A stretch of 64,000 nt of DNA from Macrostomum lignano (taxonomy: Eukaryota), in contig NIVC01003252.1 in NCBI GenBank assembly GCA_002269645.1, positions 40,108 through 104,107 on the forward strand. The letters run 5' to 3'. A program made the position numbers and the translations under genes. The notes under the pieces are model-generated. The model saw only the letters and a list, made by a program, of their open reading frames with translations, did no database searches and was not told the DNA's origin. Positions 51,346-64,000 of this stretch are shown here, piece by piece (position 1 is the first letter of the stretch; each line of letters begins with the position of its first letter).

Positions 51346-52104
51346 ATGACTGCCACTCACCTCCTTGCTTACCTGCTTCTGCTAGCCGGCGCGGTGCCGC
51401 AGCCGACGGTGCGGGCTGGACTGGCCGAGCAGTTTCACAGCGTGAACGGCAGCCTCTGCATCGGCAGCCAGTTCACTGAGACCCACAGCACCAGCTCTGA
51501 GCGCGAGTGCGCCATGCTGTGCAGCGGCAGCCAGCGCTGCCAGGCCTTCACCACCGCCGATGGTCCGTGCCAGCTGTTCGTGTTCGACAAATGCAGCAAG
51601 TCGGTGCGGGACTGCGGCTGCTCCCGGAGAGACCGCCTGTTCATGAAGCGGCAGCCGGGACTCGAGCCGGGCGCGCTGTGCCCGCCTAGCTACGGAGACG
51701 AGCTGTGCGGAGTGACGTACCGCACCATCAACACCACCGCGTCCTGGTCGGCCAGCAGGCAGCTCTGTGAGTTGGAGCCGGGCCTGGTGATCATGGCTGA
51801 CATTATGGACTCAAACGAGATGGAGCACGCTGAGAGGCTGTACAAAAAGACCTACTCCGGTGGCTCGATGTGGCTGGGAGGCCACCAGCTGCCGGGCAGT
51901 TCGGAGCCAGTGGCCGGCTGGGTCTGGGAGAGCTGCGATGGCAGCCTCAGCGGCAGCCTGTGGGCTACCGGCGAGCCAAGCAATATTGGAGACATACAGA
52001 ATGTCACAGTGAGGCACAAACTAAGAGCCGGAATCGCGGACTTCAAAGACGAAGCGGGCCTGGCAGTTGGTGTGCTCTGTGAGTGTGTGTCGCCTTTTGA
52101 GTGA
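51346..52104 (+). CDS. Secreted PAN/Apple + C-type lectin domain protein (252 aa, intronless)
   Basis: Signal peptide MTATHLLAYLLLLAGA. 6-Cys PAN motif LCIG...ECAMLCSGSQRCQAF...CQLF...C. CTLD motifs SWSASRQLC, WLGG, WVW, W..GEPSN and VLCE. Confidence 0.88.
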   Translation: MTATHLLAYLLLLAGAVPQPTVRAGLAEQFHSVNGSLCIGSQFTETHSTSSERECAMLCSGSQRCQAFTTADGPCQLFVFDKCSKSVRDCGCSRRDRLFMKRQPGLEPGALCPPSYGDELCGVTYRTINTTASWSASRQLCELEPGLVIMADIMDSNEMEHAERLYKKTYSGGSMWLGGHQLPGSSEPVAGWVWESCDGSLSGSLWATGEPSNIGDIQNVTVRHKLRAGIADFKDEAGLAVGVLCECVSPFE

Positions 52105-52758
52105 CCAATGACTTCAATGTCATTAAATAGCACTTCTGAGACTTTAGTGCCTCGTGAACGTATAGGAACAGTTGGCATGGACAAATGAGGGGGTTGTAAA
52201 CTCGATGATATGACTGCAGTTGCTCTTGTTTTTTAAGGACTCGTAAAAAGTAAAGTCCCTTCCCCTGAAGTCTTGACAAAGTAGGAAAGCAAAAGCTGGC
52301 GCAGGTGATTAGCGCTGATTCTTATGAGGTACCTGGTATCGACCTGTTTTCTGGTTTCCAATGTTTTACTGTACTTTTAAAACCGGCCTTCACTTTTGCG
52401 AGTCGATTGAAGTTTTCAATATGCAAGTATTTGTTTTTTTTCTTTTTTCTGTATTTTTCTGTCGCTTGCAGTGTAAACCTGCACTCACCCTTCAACTTTT
52501 CTACATGTAAATTATAATTGTGTAATCGAATTTTCCTGCGTTTGCTAAAGCATCCAAATTTTTTAAGCCAATTTAAACCAATTAATAACTTGCCTACAGC
52601 ATACCAATAATTTTTTAGCCCTTTAACTTTGCTTAATCTATAATGCAAAGTAAAACCACACTACAAACAATTCTCTAAACTCAAACTGCTCTATCGATTC
52701 TGATACCGATTATGCGAATAAATATACGCGCCTATTACTAAACAACTTAATTTTAATA

Positions 52759-54788
52759 ATCTTCTACCTATAAAAATCAAAACTCTGTGTGTGTGTGTGT
52801 GTGTGTCTGTCTGTGTGTGGACAATTTTGATCGCTATGGACTCCCAAACCGCTCAACCAAATGACACCAAACTTTACACCCACCCTAAACTTACTACGGA
52901 GAATGTCTTAGGCTACCTTTTAATTTCCTAAACTTAAGTCTTCCTACCTAAAAGTGCAAAAAACTGCTCAAAATGCGCAATTTTTTCACTAAATCCTCCA
53001 TAGCGCCGCTCCACTTCTACCGATTCTCTTCAAATTTGACACAGGCAATTTTCAACTATTTTGTCACAATCGTGTAAAATTTCAAATCTCAAAGTTAATC
53101 CTGAAAGCTGCTGTGCACTTTTAAAGTTAGGCTGTTTTTTCAGCGTAGCAACCACCCCAACCTCCGCCCGCCTGCCTCTCTTTCCCGATCTGGGCCCAGA
53201 TGTGTAAAAGGGTTTCAAAATTGACTAACTTTCAGCTGCCATAAGTTTGCTCCACGTAAAGCCTTTGACTTCAAACTTGACACAATTCTTCATTGACTCA
53301 TTCTCTGTCTAAATGTAAAGTTTCAACTCTGTAACTCAACCGAAAAAGAAACTGTAAGCATGTGAAGTTTGTCTGCTTTTTCTGTTGTTTGTGCCACTCA
53401 CTCACTCATTGCCCCAGAGCCAGACGAAGGGTCAGGCGATAGGACTGCATGTACATAGCAAATGTACAGTGTTTTGGAATAACTTTATTTGTAACCTTCT
53501 CTGCACCCCGAGAGTGGAGAGGCTACGTTTAGCCATAACAGTTTAGTGAGAAATTCTAACCACTGCCCTCCCCTCTGTATAGGCAAACTCTGCAGCAGTT
53601 TAACAGTGGATGGCAATTGGCAAATCGAGGCAATCCAGAATGGTTTGTAAAAGCGAAATATTTATGAAAAGGCGATGCAATGCAATGAAATACAACCCTA
53701 CTAAATTAGGCACACCATGGAAATTTTAAGTTTCTCTTAAAAGTACTTTGAAATTTAAATGGCCTAAGAAATGCGTATTTCCTTGGTTGTTAGACTGATG
53801 CAGACTGCAGTGGAGCTGAAGATACACAAATTCCTTTCAGGGCTGCAAATTGGCAAGAAAGATGACGTGATCAAAGCATGAGAATAACGATGAGAGTAGT
53901 ACGTCCCACAAACTGGCTTTCGAAGCAGGGATCGGCAGACTTTTACTTCAAAAGCCAGATAAAGAATCCAGCTTATGTGCGGGCCAGATGAGAGTGAAAA
54001 GGAGAAGGAATAGACTATTAGAAGAGAGGAGAGGCAAGACGGGGATAAGAGAAAACATGGAAGATAAGAGGAGAGACAATTGGTGAGGAGAAAGCAGAGA
54101 AGAAGGGAGGAAGAAGCGAGAGGAGGGGAGAAAGGAGGGAGAGGAAAGAGTAAAGGTGAGAAGAGGGGAGAGATGAGACAGAGGATCGATGAGAGGAGAG
54201 TAAAGAAGAGTGAGAAGAGAGTAGAGATGAGAGAGCAGAAAGAAGATGACAGAGGGTCAAGAGGAGAGGAGAGAGTAGAAAGGATAGAGAAAAGAGGAGA
54301 TAAGAGGGGGAGAGAGGAGTGAGAAGAGAAGAGATAGAGATAAGAGAGGGGTGTAAGAAGAGGGGAGAAAGGAGAGATGAGATTGTAGAGATGAGACAAA
54401 TGAAAGGAGAGATGAGAGAGTAAAGATGAGAGATGAAAAAGGTGAGAGGAGAGTGCAGAGAGACGAGAGAAGATAATAGAGGAGAGAGAGTATAGAAGAG
54501 GGAAGAGAAAAGAAGAGAGGAGTAAGGAAAGAGAGGAGTCAGAAGAGGTGAAAGAGAAGAGTACAGAGGAGATAAGTGAGAGAACGTATTAGAGAGTAAA
54601 GATGACAGATGAGAGAGCAGAGATGAGGGTGAACAGACAAGAGATGGGAGAGTAGAGAGAACAGAGGAGAGATAAGAGAGAAGAGATTACAGAGACTAGA
54701 GGAGAGAGGAGAGACAGGGAGAGAGAAGAGGAAATAGGAGAATGAAGAGGGGAGAGAGTAGAGAGGAGAAGAGAGATGGGAGAGGAGA

Positions 54789-54825
<37 letters not shown>

Positions 54826-55790
54826 CAGAGAGAGAGAGAGAGAGCGCAGAGCAGAGAGAAACGAGAAGAGATAAGAGAGAAAAGATAAAAGAAGAGAAAG
54901 GAGAGATAAAAACGCAGACAAGAGAGAAGAGAGGTGAGGGAAGAGACGAGTGACGAGGGGAGAGAGAAGAGATAAAACAAGAAAAGAGATGAGAGGAAAG
55001 AGAGAGAGGAAAGAGGTGAGAGAAGAGACGAGAGAAGAGGGGAGAGAGGAGAGAGAGAGGAAAGAGGAGAGAGGAGAGAGTTAAGAGAAGAGAGAAAAGA
55101 ATAGAGAGGAGAAGGAAGAGACGAGAGAAGAGGGAGAGAGAGGAGAAGAGAGAAAACGAAAAAGTAGAGAGGAGAGAGGAGAGGAGAGAGAAAAGAAAAG
55201 GGAAGAGATGAGATAAGTGATATGAAAGAGAAGAGAGATGAGGGAAGATACGAAAGAAGATAGGAGAGAGGAGAGGAGAGAGAAAACGAAAGAGTAGAGA
55301 GGAGAGAGGAGAGGAGAGAGAAAACGAAAAGTAGAGAGGAGACAGGAGAGAGGAGAGAAGAGAAAAGAGACAAACGATAAGAGAGATGAAAGAGAAGAGA
55401 GATGAGGGAAGATATGAGAGAAGAGAGGAGAGAAGAGAGAGGAGAGACAAGGGACGAGAGAGAAGAGAGGAAACAGAAGAGACGATAGAAATTTTAAAGG
55501 ATCCAAGGGACATAGGGAGAGTCAGGGAGAGGCCAGAGTTTGCCAATACATGTTTTAGAGTCAGACAGACATTGCCTGACATTCTGTGAAGTACCCCAGC
55601 CAAAAATATCAATGTTTGCTTCAAATCCTAATTTTACACGAATGTGCTCCATTTTATGTCTACCTCTATCCTACTAACTATTAACAAGTTTTTGTTTGTG
55701 TATGACCTTAGATTTCAGAATACATGCAAAAGTAGTTCCGGGGATTGGAATTCCCCGGGTTCAAAATCCGCGGGTTTCAACAGCTTGTTT
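52759..55790 (-). mobile_element. HINE-like CT-rich element, copy 2 (inverted relative to copy 1)
   Basis: End-to-end reverse complement of 2985-6060 with small differences in the CT tract. Confidence 0.7.
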
Positions 55791-55944
55791 CATCTATAAA
55801 AAATTACTACAAAAGAACTTTATTTTTTACCGGTTATATATTCATAATTTAATCTGTGTACAGTACGTGCAGGTTTTTTCTTCTACGGGTATTAGCTCTA
55901 TTAATATCCGATTGGACAAAAACTGTTTGTTGTCTTATCCAAGG

Positions 55945-56779
55945 TGTGACGTTGCTAGTTTAAGGTGGTCCCGTAAAAGGGCCGTTGGACTACAATTTTC
56001 CTTACAATTTCTCATTTAAAAATTTCCAATTGTGTATTCTCACGTTTACTTGTAGTAGCGCAACTAATCTGTATCAATTGCTAAATCACTGCGTACTTTG
56101 TAAGCTTTGCGTACGCCTGTAGGGCCTCACGCGATCGATAATTTCTGTTTATTATTTTTCCCTCGCCAGCCAATGATAACTCTCCGCATATATTATGCTA
56201 ACCCTCCTGCGCTACTTTATTAACTCCGCCTGGCGGCGGGCTGGCGGTTTTTCACTCCCCTCTCTTTCCTTCACTTTTGTTTTGGCGTGCCTTCCTTTCC
56301 TTCTCTCTCCTTATCTCTCGCCACGGCTCCACTCTGTCTGGGCCAGCCTGTCTACGCACTCTTGCTCCACCGTGTACTGCCACGGGCTAACGCCCAATCT
56401 CGCCACTACTTGTCTGCCTGTCTACTTGCTACTCACTGCCATCACTGTGCTCACCGCCATCACTTACCACGTTGCGTCGCCACTGCATCTTTCGTCAACT
56501 ACTTGACTTCATAACTCTAGTTACATTCAAAACCATTGTTGCAGCCGCCAGTGCCGCAGAACGCTATAAGTTTTGTATTGACATTAATCAATTATCATAA
56601 TAATAACGATAATAAATTAACTTACGGCAGTCTCCTGCCTTTATACGCCAAGTGCTCCGCTACACAATCCGCTTCGCAAGAATTGACTTCACAATTACTT
56701 TGGACTACAACGACTTAACGAAAATTCTCGTCAAAACGGCCCTTTTAAGGGTTGTAGTCACCACGCCAATAACGTGACA
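55945..56779. mobile_element. Solo LTR (835 bp), copy 2
   Basis: tgtgacg...cgtgaca termini; 5-bp TSD CAAGG at 55940-55944 and 56780-56784. Confidence 0.85.
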
Positions 56780-56822
56780 CAAGGAGTTCTACTCGTATAA
56801 TTAGTAATCTAGACTGGAAGCG

Positions 56823-56931
56823 AGTTTTACCTCATGAAGCCACGCCAATTGTAAAGATAAGGAGCCAGCACTGAATGTCTATGGCTCTGTCTGACTCTGT
56901 CTATGCTAGTCTGGCCTCATGAGGTAAAACT
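56823..56931. repeat. Short inverted-repeat element (MITE-like)
   Basis: agttttacctcatga...tcatgaggtaaaact. Confidence 0.55.
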
Positions 56932-58229
56932 GAAAAACTCATTTCCACTCCAAGTTGCGAATTATAGAACTCCTTGTCTTATCGTTTCGTTGGGCCGCCT
57001 CTGAGATGCCGATCGGGTGCTTTTGTTGAAGGTCCGACAGTCGCCGCCGATTCTCCAGACGGTGATGAAGGGGACCCTGGTGCCTGGGATGCTGAGAACA
57101 AAAGCCTCTACGACTGATATGCATAGTTTGTTGAGCCGACGTCGTTTCATGATGAGATTTTGTGAGCAGAAAAAATTGCCAATGTTGGTGGTTTTTTTCC
57201 ACCAGACACCCCGAGGAAAATCGTTGAATATCTTGACGATGCCGATTTTTCGTGATTCTTAAAGTTGCTTCATCGAATAGAGCGGAAAATTTTAGCCTGT
57301 GTTATGCATTTTCATGGCAATTGGTTAAAACTTCTTGGAGATCCAGACAAAGGAAAAATGTGTGTATTTGAAATACACCCTATGGTCTTTCTACTGTTAA
57401 TAGAACTTCTCATGAATTGAATAAAAAGCTACTCAATCAAACTACCATGGTAAGAATGAAACATGCACTGCAGAGACTACTGACGAAATTGAGTTCAGTA
57501 GTTGATTTTTGCGCTGTTGCGAGTTGCAATTTTTTTTACATTGGCTTCTATGGCCACATAAGTGGTTAATGAGTGGCCCATCTTGTGTAATATGATCTTT
57601 GATGTAGCTATATGCAGCTGGGTAACTCTGTATATGGCAGTGATGGCCATTCTAAGGTGCAGACCCACCCAAGGGATGCGATGCGCGAAGTCCTAGAGCG
57701 TAAGGAAATTAAGCAATCGAAAAAGAGATGGTCAGAGCTGAGGCTATTGGGCGACCCGCAGTGTCTGCGCTTTTATTTGCCGTTAAAACTCCGCCTTTTC
57801 TTTGTTGGCAAAAGACACAACAGAATTTGAAGAAATATGCGTTATCACGTACAAAGAAGCTATTGTACAGCTATTGGCAATAGTTTGCTGGGGAGCGCCT
57901 GTTTAAATGACAGTTTGGCATGATAAATAAAGGTCGCTGCCAGTAGACTGAATTGCAGCCGCTGTTCCAGACTGCATGTCATGTTGATTGCTGTTAGACT
58001 TAATGTGAGATGGTGTGCTTTTTATGTGCCTGGTGGATACCACGCGTCATGTCTCTCTAGGCTCTAGGCTGCACGGTGCACAAGATGTGCGATTGTTTAT
58101 TCTGAGTCTATGGCACTGTAAACTGCTGTTTCATTGAGATCGTTTGCCGTTATCTGACCTTCTACCTCGTTTTTCTCCTTTTTAAGGCCCTCGCGTCAGA
58201 CTCACGACTGTTTTAACAAAAGCTCGTCC

Positions 58230-60235
58230 TACAATTTAGGGTAGGGTTTATCATAGAATTAAATTAGGGATAGGTTCAACAGCCAATTTGTGGCACCCAG
58301 ACGCTCTCTGGGGTAGTGCGTGATGGGATTCACAGAAGGAGTGTGGCCTTTGCTGCATTATTTTGGCTTTCTCGTTGCGCCAGCTTGGGTTTTTTTCCTT
58401 GCTGGCCCGTTTACTCACAACTGTAGTTGCGAAACCTCTGGCGGGCGGCTCCATTGAAACTTTGCAAACTTGCTTGTTTCATGCGGCAAGGCTTCATCTA
58501 CTGCGTTGCACTCTCCACAATATAAAACAATCGGACCGGCCCAGTCAGAGCAACTCCTCCCGTCTCTTAATTGCTTGCGCTATTCTGTTTTACTTCTGTC
58601 GGTTCCAAAGTGGACAGCTAACGGGTCAGAGTTTTTTCACACTCAGATTAGGTTACCAAGCATGCTGTACTCGCTTTCATTGCACGCAAACCTGTGCGTT
58701 CTGACGTCTCACTGAAGACAGCTGGATCACTGCGTCCCGATGTGGTCGAGTCTGTGCTGGTTGCGTCCTGACGCATCAGATTCCGGAACCCGTTAACCCT
58801 ACTCAATACTGTAGCCTACCTATACTTTGGTCAAGGATTCAGGAATACAACACTTTTCTGTGGATAAAAGCCAAACGATTGTGGGTACAGGATGAAGTTA
58901 AAAGAAAGCTGCACTGGGGCTCTTATAAAAACTCAACTTAAGACAATTTAGGGGGAGGCGCATAGCGGGGGGCATGGGTTATTTGTGGAAAAAAGCTTCC
59001 CATTCCGATTATTGACACATGGCAATGGTTTTGAAGCTCCAATGCTGCCACTACAACCCCAACATTCCCATCAATACCCCACAGTCGATATCCAGGAGTA
59101 GCTTTAATAAAACACCTGCATTGCCATCGTAGGTCTGCATCTAAAAGTCGCAGTGATTTCGCCAACAGTGATGGAGTGACAGATTTGTTGACTTCTTGCA
59201 TCCCGCAAAAAAGCTCGTTGAAGATACTAAAGCTCCTCCGAGGCAGTTGAGCATTGTGGACATGATTTGGAATGATGGGCAGCAATAAGGAGTTGTTCTT
59301 GAGTGGCTAAAAATCAGGTTCTTTACCCCTACCTCTTAGACGCTAAATTTGCTATGCTGCCCACTCTTGGGGTGTGTTTAGCCATATTAAATACTTTCTT
59401 CAGTCTCTTGTCACGAGACAAGATTTAGGGATACTGTTGTGAAAGGTAGTTTATCGTCTTCTGGCTCAAAAAACAGAACGATGTTCTGCGGTAGCGCAAG
59501 TTAAAATCGAGTTTCACACAGTCTTTATATTTCCTGAATCCTCACAATATCGTATGTTGTGTTTATCATGGGGTCACCTGAACAAAAATCTAATTTACGT
59601 ATTTACGCATTTACTGGTACTGGATCTGCTTAAGTTTATTTGTTCAGTTGTCCCGACACTACGAATAATTTCTATATTGCACATCATCCTACAGATATTA
59701 TGAGCCACAGTCTAAGAAGCGACTTTATTGTTATCGATAATAATCTTCACCTATATTTTTGCGTGACAAAAATCTGTAGCTGTCAATACCTTATTGATTT
59801 ATTTTGTTGCTCTGTCATGTGACACAACTTTAAGACCGCCTGATGAATCATCTTATAACTTTATAAAAAACTTCTAACGAGAAATCTTTGTCGTGACTTG
59901 CCTCGAACAGTTAAAACTTAGTGTCAGGGGCTCGAGATTTACGCAGGGATTTCCCGACATCAAGATTTGAAACGGAATCCTGTCCGAGCCCTGCTGCCTA
60001 AATTATGTAAGCGTCTGCCGATTTCAAAATGCTGCACGGGCTACTGACCGACTGCAGGCTAGTCAATAGGGTCATAAGAAGCACCCCAGCCCCATCACGC
60101 TAACGCCTTAGTACTAAACGCCATAAGGAAAGGTAAAATGTAGAAAGCTATCAAATACTCTTGCTTTTATGCTGAGTCTTTAATTATATATAAAACACAG
60201 AAGTTAATTTTTTAGACTTACTCTACCACCGCGTC
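58230..60235 (+). repeat. Diverged direct duplication, copy 2
   Basis: See 48010-50200. Confidence 0.75.
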
Positions 60236-60284
60236 TTACTTACTATTCCGCGTAGCTTCTGCGTACTACTTGCAAGTTTTGCAA

Positions 60285-60590
60285 GTCTAGAGTTGTTACC
60301 TAGTAGTTAGAGCGTCGAAATCACGACTTGAAGGTCAGGGGTTCGATTCTTGATCCACTCGAAACAATTGTGTCCTTGAGCCAGACAACTAACTCTGCAC
60401 TACTACAGTTCACTCAGCTGTAGGTGCCAGCATTAGCTGGGGTAATCGAGGGTGTGTGTATGTGTGCGTGTGTGTCGACCCCCATCCTTGGACTGAACAG
60501 CCGTGCGCAGAAATTCTGCCGCTGAGCTGTCGGTCGCACATCTGGCCTGATTAAGGCAGGTTTAATTAATTAAATTAGTGAGCTATTATG
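60285..60590 (+). mobile_element. tRNA-derived SINE with CORE-like central domain
   Basis: A box tagtagttagagcg and B box ggttcgattc. Central gtgtccttgagc...cagttcactcagctgta resembles the MIR CORE; (TTAA)n-like tail. Confidence 0.65.
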
Positions 60591-60865
60591 ATTATTATTA
60601 ATTTTGCGATTAATAAAGATTGCACCAAAATTGCGAGATCTTGCTGAAAAGTTTCTTGTAAATTGGTTAATTTTTATAAGCGCCAAAATAGATACTCTTA
60701 TTACGCAATACTCTTTCCTTGAAGGTACATTCACTTGAAGGTTCTCCACGCCTAGTTTGTTATGTTTATATCATTTGCAGCAAATATAAGTACCTTTAGA
60801 GCCTGTAGGGCACTTGTTGGAGCCAGTTTTATGATTTATTTAGAGTCCTAATTTATTTGCACCAC

Positions 60866-63800
60866 GGTGCAGATAAATGCCGCTACCTCCTCGTGGTCAG
60901 AGCGGAGAGCCGCGCTTAACTGCTGCGGCGGCCAAATGCGGCAGGACCAAACGAGGGCAGCGGAGCGCGCGTCGGCGAGTCGAACGCCGTCGCGAGCGAA
61001 ACTGGCGAGGTCGGCAACGTGGCGCCGCCCGCCGAGCTGCTGCTGCGCTGGCCCAATTGGATTTTCCGGGTGGCGCCGGGGACCATGAGGCTCACCAGCA
61101 CCAAGCCCCAGCCGTACCAGAGGGCACGCTTCGGGTCGGGACGCTGAACTGCCGCACTCTCAAGGCCACATGGCGGAGAGGGCTGCTGGCGAGGCTAGCG
61201 CTCGACCTCAGCTGTGATGTCATCGCACTACAGGAGGTGTCTATCAGAGCCGACCCCGGACTTCACTGTGAGGACCTGGGCGCCGGTTGGACACTCTGGT
61301 ACACCTCAGCGGATGAGCGAGGCCGTGGAGGAGTTGGAGCGCTGATCGGACCGAGGTTGCAGCAGAGCTGTCGCTGCGTCTCCCTGTCTTCTCGGCTGCT
61401 TCGGGTCGACGTCCGGCTTCGCAGCCGGAACGCCCGCCTGTTCTGCGCGTACGCGCCGCCTGCTACCCGCTCCGATGAGGCTCAGGCCTTCTTCGAGCAA
61501 CTCTCGGTGCAGGTGGAGGAGATGGCGCAACGTGACACAGTGGTCATTCTCGGAGACCTGAATGCAGTTCTGCGTAGGTCCGAGCGATCGCTGTTCGTGA
61601 CAGCGCGCGAGAACGGCAACACCGGAGCGCTAGAGGACTTCCTGGAGAGACAGGACATGGTGTCGGCCAACACCAGATTCCGCAAGTCACCGGGCAGGCT
61701 CGCGACCTTCGTGGGCTGCAAGCGGAGGCGGCGGAACGCGCGCGGCCGGAACGCTACGCGGAGGCTGGCACAACTCGACCACGTGCTTGTGCGCTTTCGT
61801 GAGCGCCGCCGCGTCACCAACTGCCGCACCATTACGCCGCTGGCTCTGCGGTCCGACCATCGGCTGCTCATCTGCGACCTTTGGCTTCGGGACCCGCTCT
61901 ACCGTCCGCCAAAGCGGCCACCGCGGCGCTACTACCGCGCGCTCAGGGACGCCGAGACGCGACGTCGCTTTGCCGGTGCCTTTGTCACTGCGCTGGGCGA
62001 CAAGCGTGGAGGAGCCGAGTACGCGGAGGTGAGCGCTGCAGTTCGAGCCGCTGCGGAGCAAGCAGTCCCGCTGATGCTACCGGCCCAGCGCGGGCAGCCG
62101 GTCTGGCAGGACGACCCCACGATCGACGAAGCGAGGGAAGATCTGGGGAGGCTCCGTCTGAGTGGGCGGCAAACTCGCGAGGCGGAGGAGGCTCTGGCGG
62201 CTGTCTACCTGCAGCGGCAGCAGTCCGCTGTCGATGACGCCATCCAAGCCGTCTCTGCCGCAGGGCCCGATGCCAGAGGGCGCGTGGCCTGGTCCGTCAT
62301 CAACACTCTGACGGGGCGAAAGCGGCGCATCGCGCTCAACCTGGCAGGCGACACTCCGGATGAGCGCAGGAACGAGCTGCGCGAGTTCTTCGCCGCCATT
62401 GTCAACGCGCCGCCCCTCCGCTTCCAGAAAATCTGAGGCTGCCGCCGGAGACGCCGTTGCCGGCGGAGGAGAGCTTCAACGTTGCCCCAGTCAGCACAGC
62501 CGACGTTGTGAAGTTCGCTCGGCAGTCGCCGGGCGGCAAAGCGCTTGGTCCGGACGAGGTGCCCACCGAGGCGCTGCGGATCCACTGCGTGGCCACTGAG
62601 GTCGCCAGAGTGATGAACCGCGTGCTTTCTGGTGAGGTGGCGCCAAACGAATGGACCACGGCGCACATCGTCGCCATTCCAAAGAAGCACCACACCAAGC
62701 TCGAGGAGCATCGAGGCATCTGCCTACAGTCCTGCGCCGCGAAGCTGTTCAACCGCATGCTGCTATCGCGGTTACAGCCTGTGCTGGACCCGTACCTGCG
62801 GCCTGAGCAGAACAGATTCCGGCCCCATCGCGGCACAGTGACGCAGATCCTGACTCTTCGGCGAGTCATCGAGGAGGCGCGCATCCGCCAGTTGACCCTG
62901 ATCCTAATCTTCGTCGATTTCAGGAAGGCCTTCGACTCGGTCGTGAGGGACGCGCTCCCAGAGGTGCTCCGTGCGTACAACGTGCCAGAGCTGCTGATTT
63001 CTGCTGTCATGGCGCTGTACCACGGCACGACGGCTGCTGTCTCAACACCGGACGGCCAATCGGATTTCTTCGAGACATCCTCCGGGGTGCTCCAGGGAGA
63101 TACGCTAGCGCCGTTCCTATTTATTCTGGTGCTTGACTGGGTGCTACGGACTGCTCTGCCTTCCAACGACGACGGCTTCCTGCTTCGGCGACGCGTGGGT
63201 CGACGCCAACCGGAGAGACGGCTCAGCGTGCTTGGCTATGCCCATGACCTCGCCCTGCTGTCCTCGACCGTCGAGGGCGCCCAACGACAGCTGGATAGGC
63301 TGGTTGCCGTTGCGGCGAGCGTCGGCCTGGTGGTCAACACGCAGAAGACCGTCGTGCTATGCGTGCCGGACGACACCGAGGCTGCAATCTTCTGCCGAGG
63401 CGCTGACGGACAGGCGAGTGAGCTTCCAAGATGTCAGCAGTTCGTCTACCTCGGCGGTCTGGTTCCCGACGTCCGCGAGGATCTGCGGCGTCGCCGAGGA
63501 CTTGCCTGGGCTGCCTTTCGTTCTATAAGGTCAGTCCTGCAGTCTGAGGCCCTACCGGACCGCCAGAGGGCGGCGCTGTTCCAGGCGGTGATCGAGACCG
63601 TCCTGTTATACAACGCCGAGACCTGGACGCTGACAGACTCGCTCGAGGCTCAAGTCGACGCGGCGCACGCTGGCCTGCTGCGCGCCGCCTTCAAGATCGG
63701 CAACGAGCGAGTTACCAACACGGCGCTCTATCATCGCGCCGGCCTGGCCCGTCCTAGCGATCTGCTGCGCCGTCGGCGACTCCAGCTGACAGGCCACGTC

Positions 63801-64000
63801 ATCCGCGCCGAGGCCTACTGCCCGGAGCCGTTGCAGGAGGTGCTGCTACTTACGTTGCAGGCACCCTACCGGCGGGGACAGGCGAGGACTCGGCGCTACG
63901 TCGACTGTCTGCTGGCTGACGCCGGCGCCCCGGACTCTGCCGGCGGTGCGGCCTTTGTTCGCGCCAAGCTTCGAAGCGAGCCATCTGACGCTGCTTTTGC
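60866..64000 (+). mobile_element. RTE-like LINE (APE endonuclease + RT), probably inactive, runs off the window
   Basis: APE motifs TLNCRTL, ALQEV, YAP, GDLNA, LDHVL and SDHRL in 60877-62436. After a -1 shift at about 62415 an open frame runs to 64000 with FVDFRKAFDSV, GVLQGDTLAPFLF, YAHD (63237-63248), LLYNAETW and GHVIR. Confidence 0.92.

Noticed and set aside
62402-63166. Antisense and alternate-frame ORFs over the LINEs and piggyBac
   Set aside because: Shadow ORFs of GC-rich coding sequence.

Overview
This window is eukaryotic (metazoan invertebrate) genomic DNA with short GT-AG introns and dense transposon content. The GC-rich coding style and repeat content suggest a flatworm such as Macrostomum, but that is inference only. 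Its backbone is a tandem family of nine two-exon genes for small secreted proteins (signal peptide + WSC domain, phase-1 intron, 4-Cys PAN/Apple domain), which the ORF track shows only as unspliced fragments. Five copies look intact (11428+, 18208+, 33285+, 37384-, 44040-) and four are disabled (about 1650-, 24743+, 28540+, 36055+). Nearby is an intronless signal peptide + PAN + C-type-lectin gene (51346-52104). Mobile elements include an intact-looking piggyBac transposase inside 143-bp inverted repeats, a 5'-truncated RNase H-bearing LINE with a 13-bp TSD, and an RTE-like LINE running off the right end. There are also three solo LTRs (one splitting a PAN exon), a 1.1-kb Penelope-like palindrome with a hammerhead-ribozyme motif in each arm, Helentron/HINE-like elements carrying long CT-rich tracts, Harbinger-type MITEs, CORE-like tRNA SINEs and several minisatellites. 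The long Ser/Leu/Phe-rich ORFs in the track are low-complexity artefacts. All coordinates were counted by hand, and single-base indels could be assembly errors.
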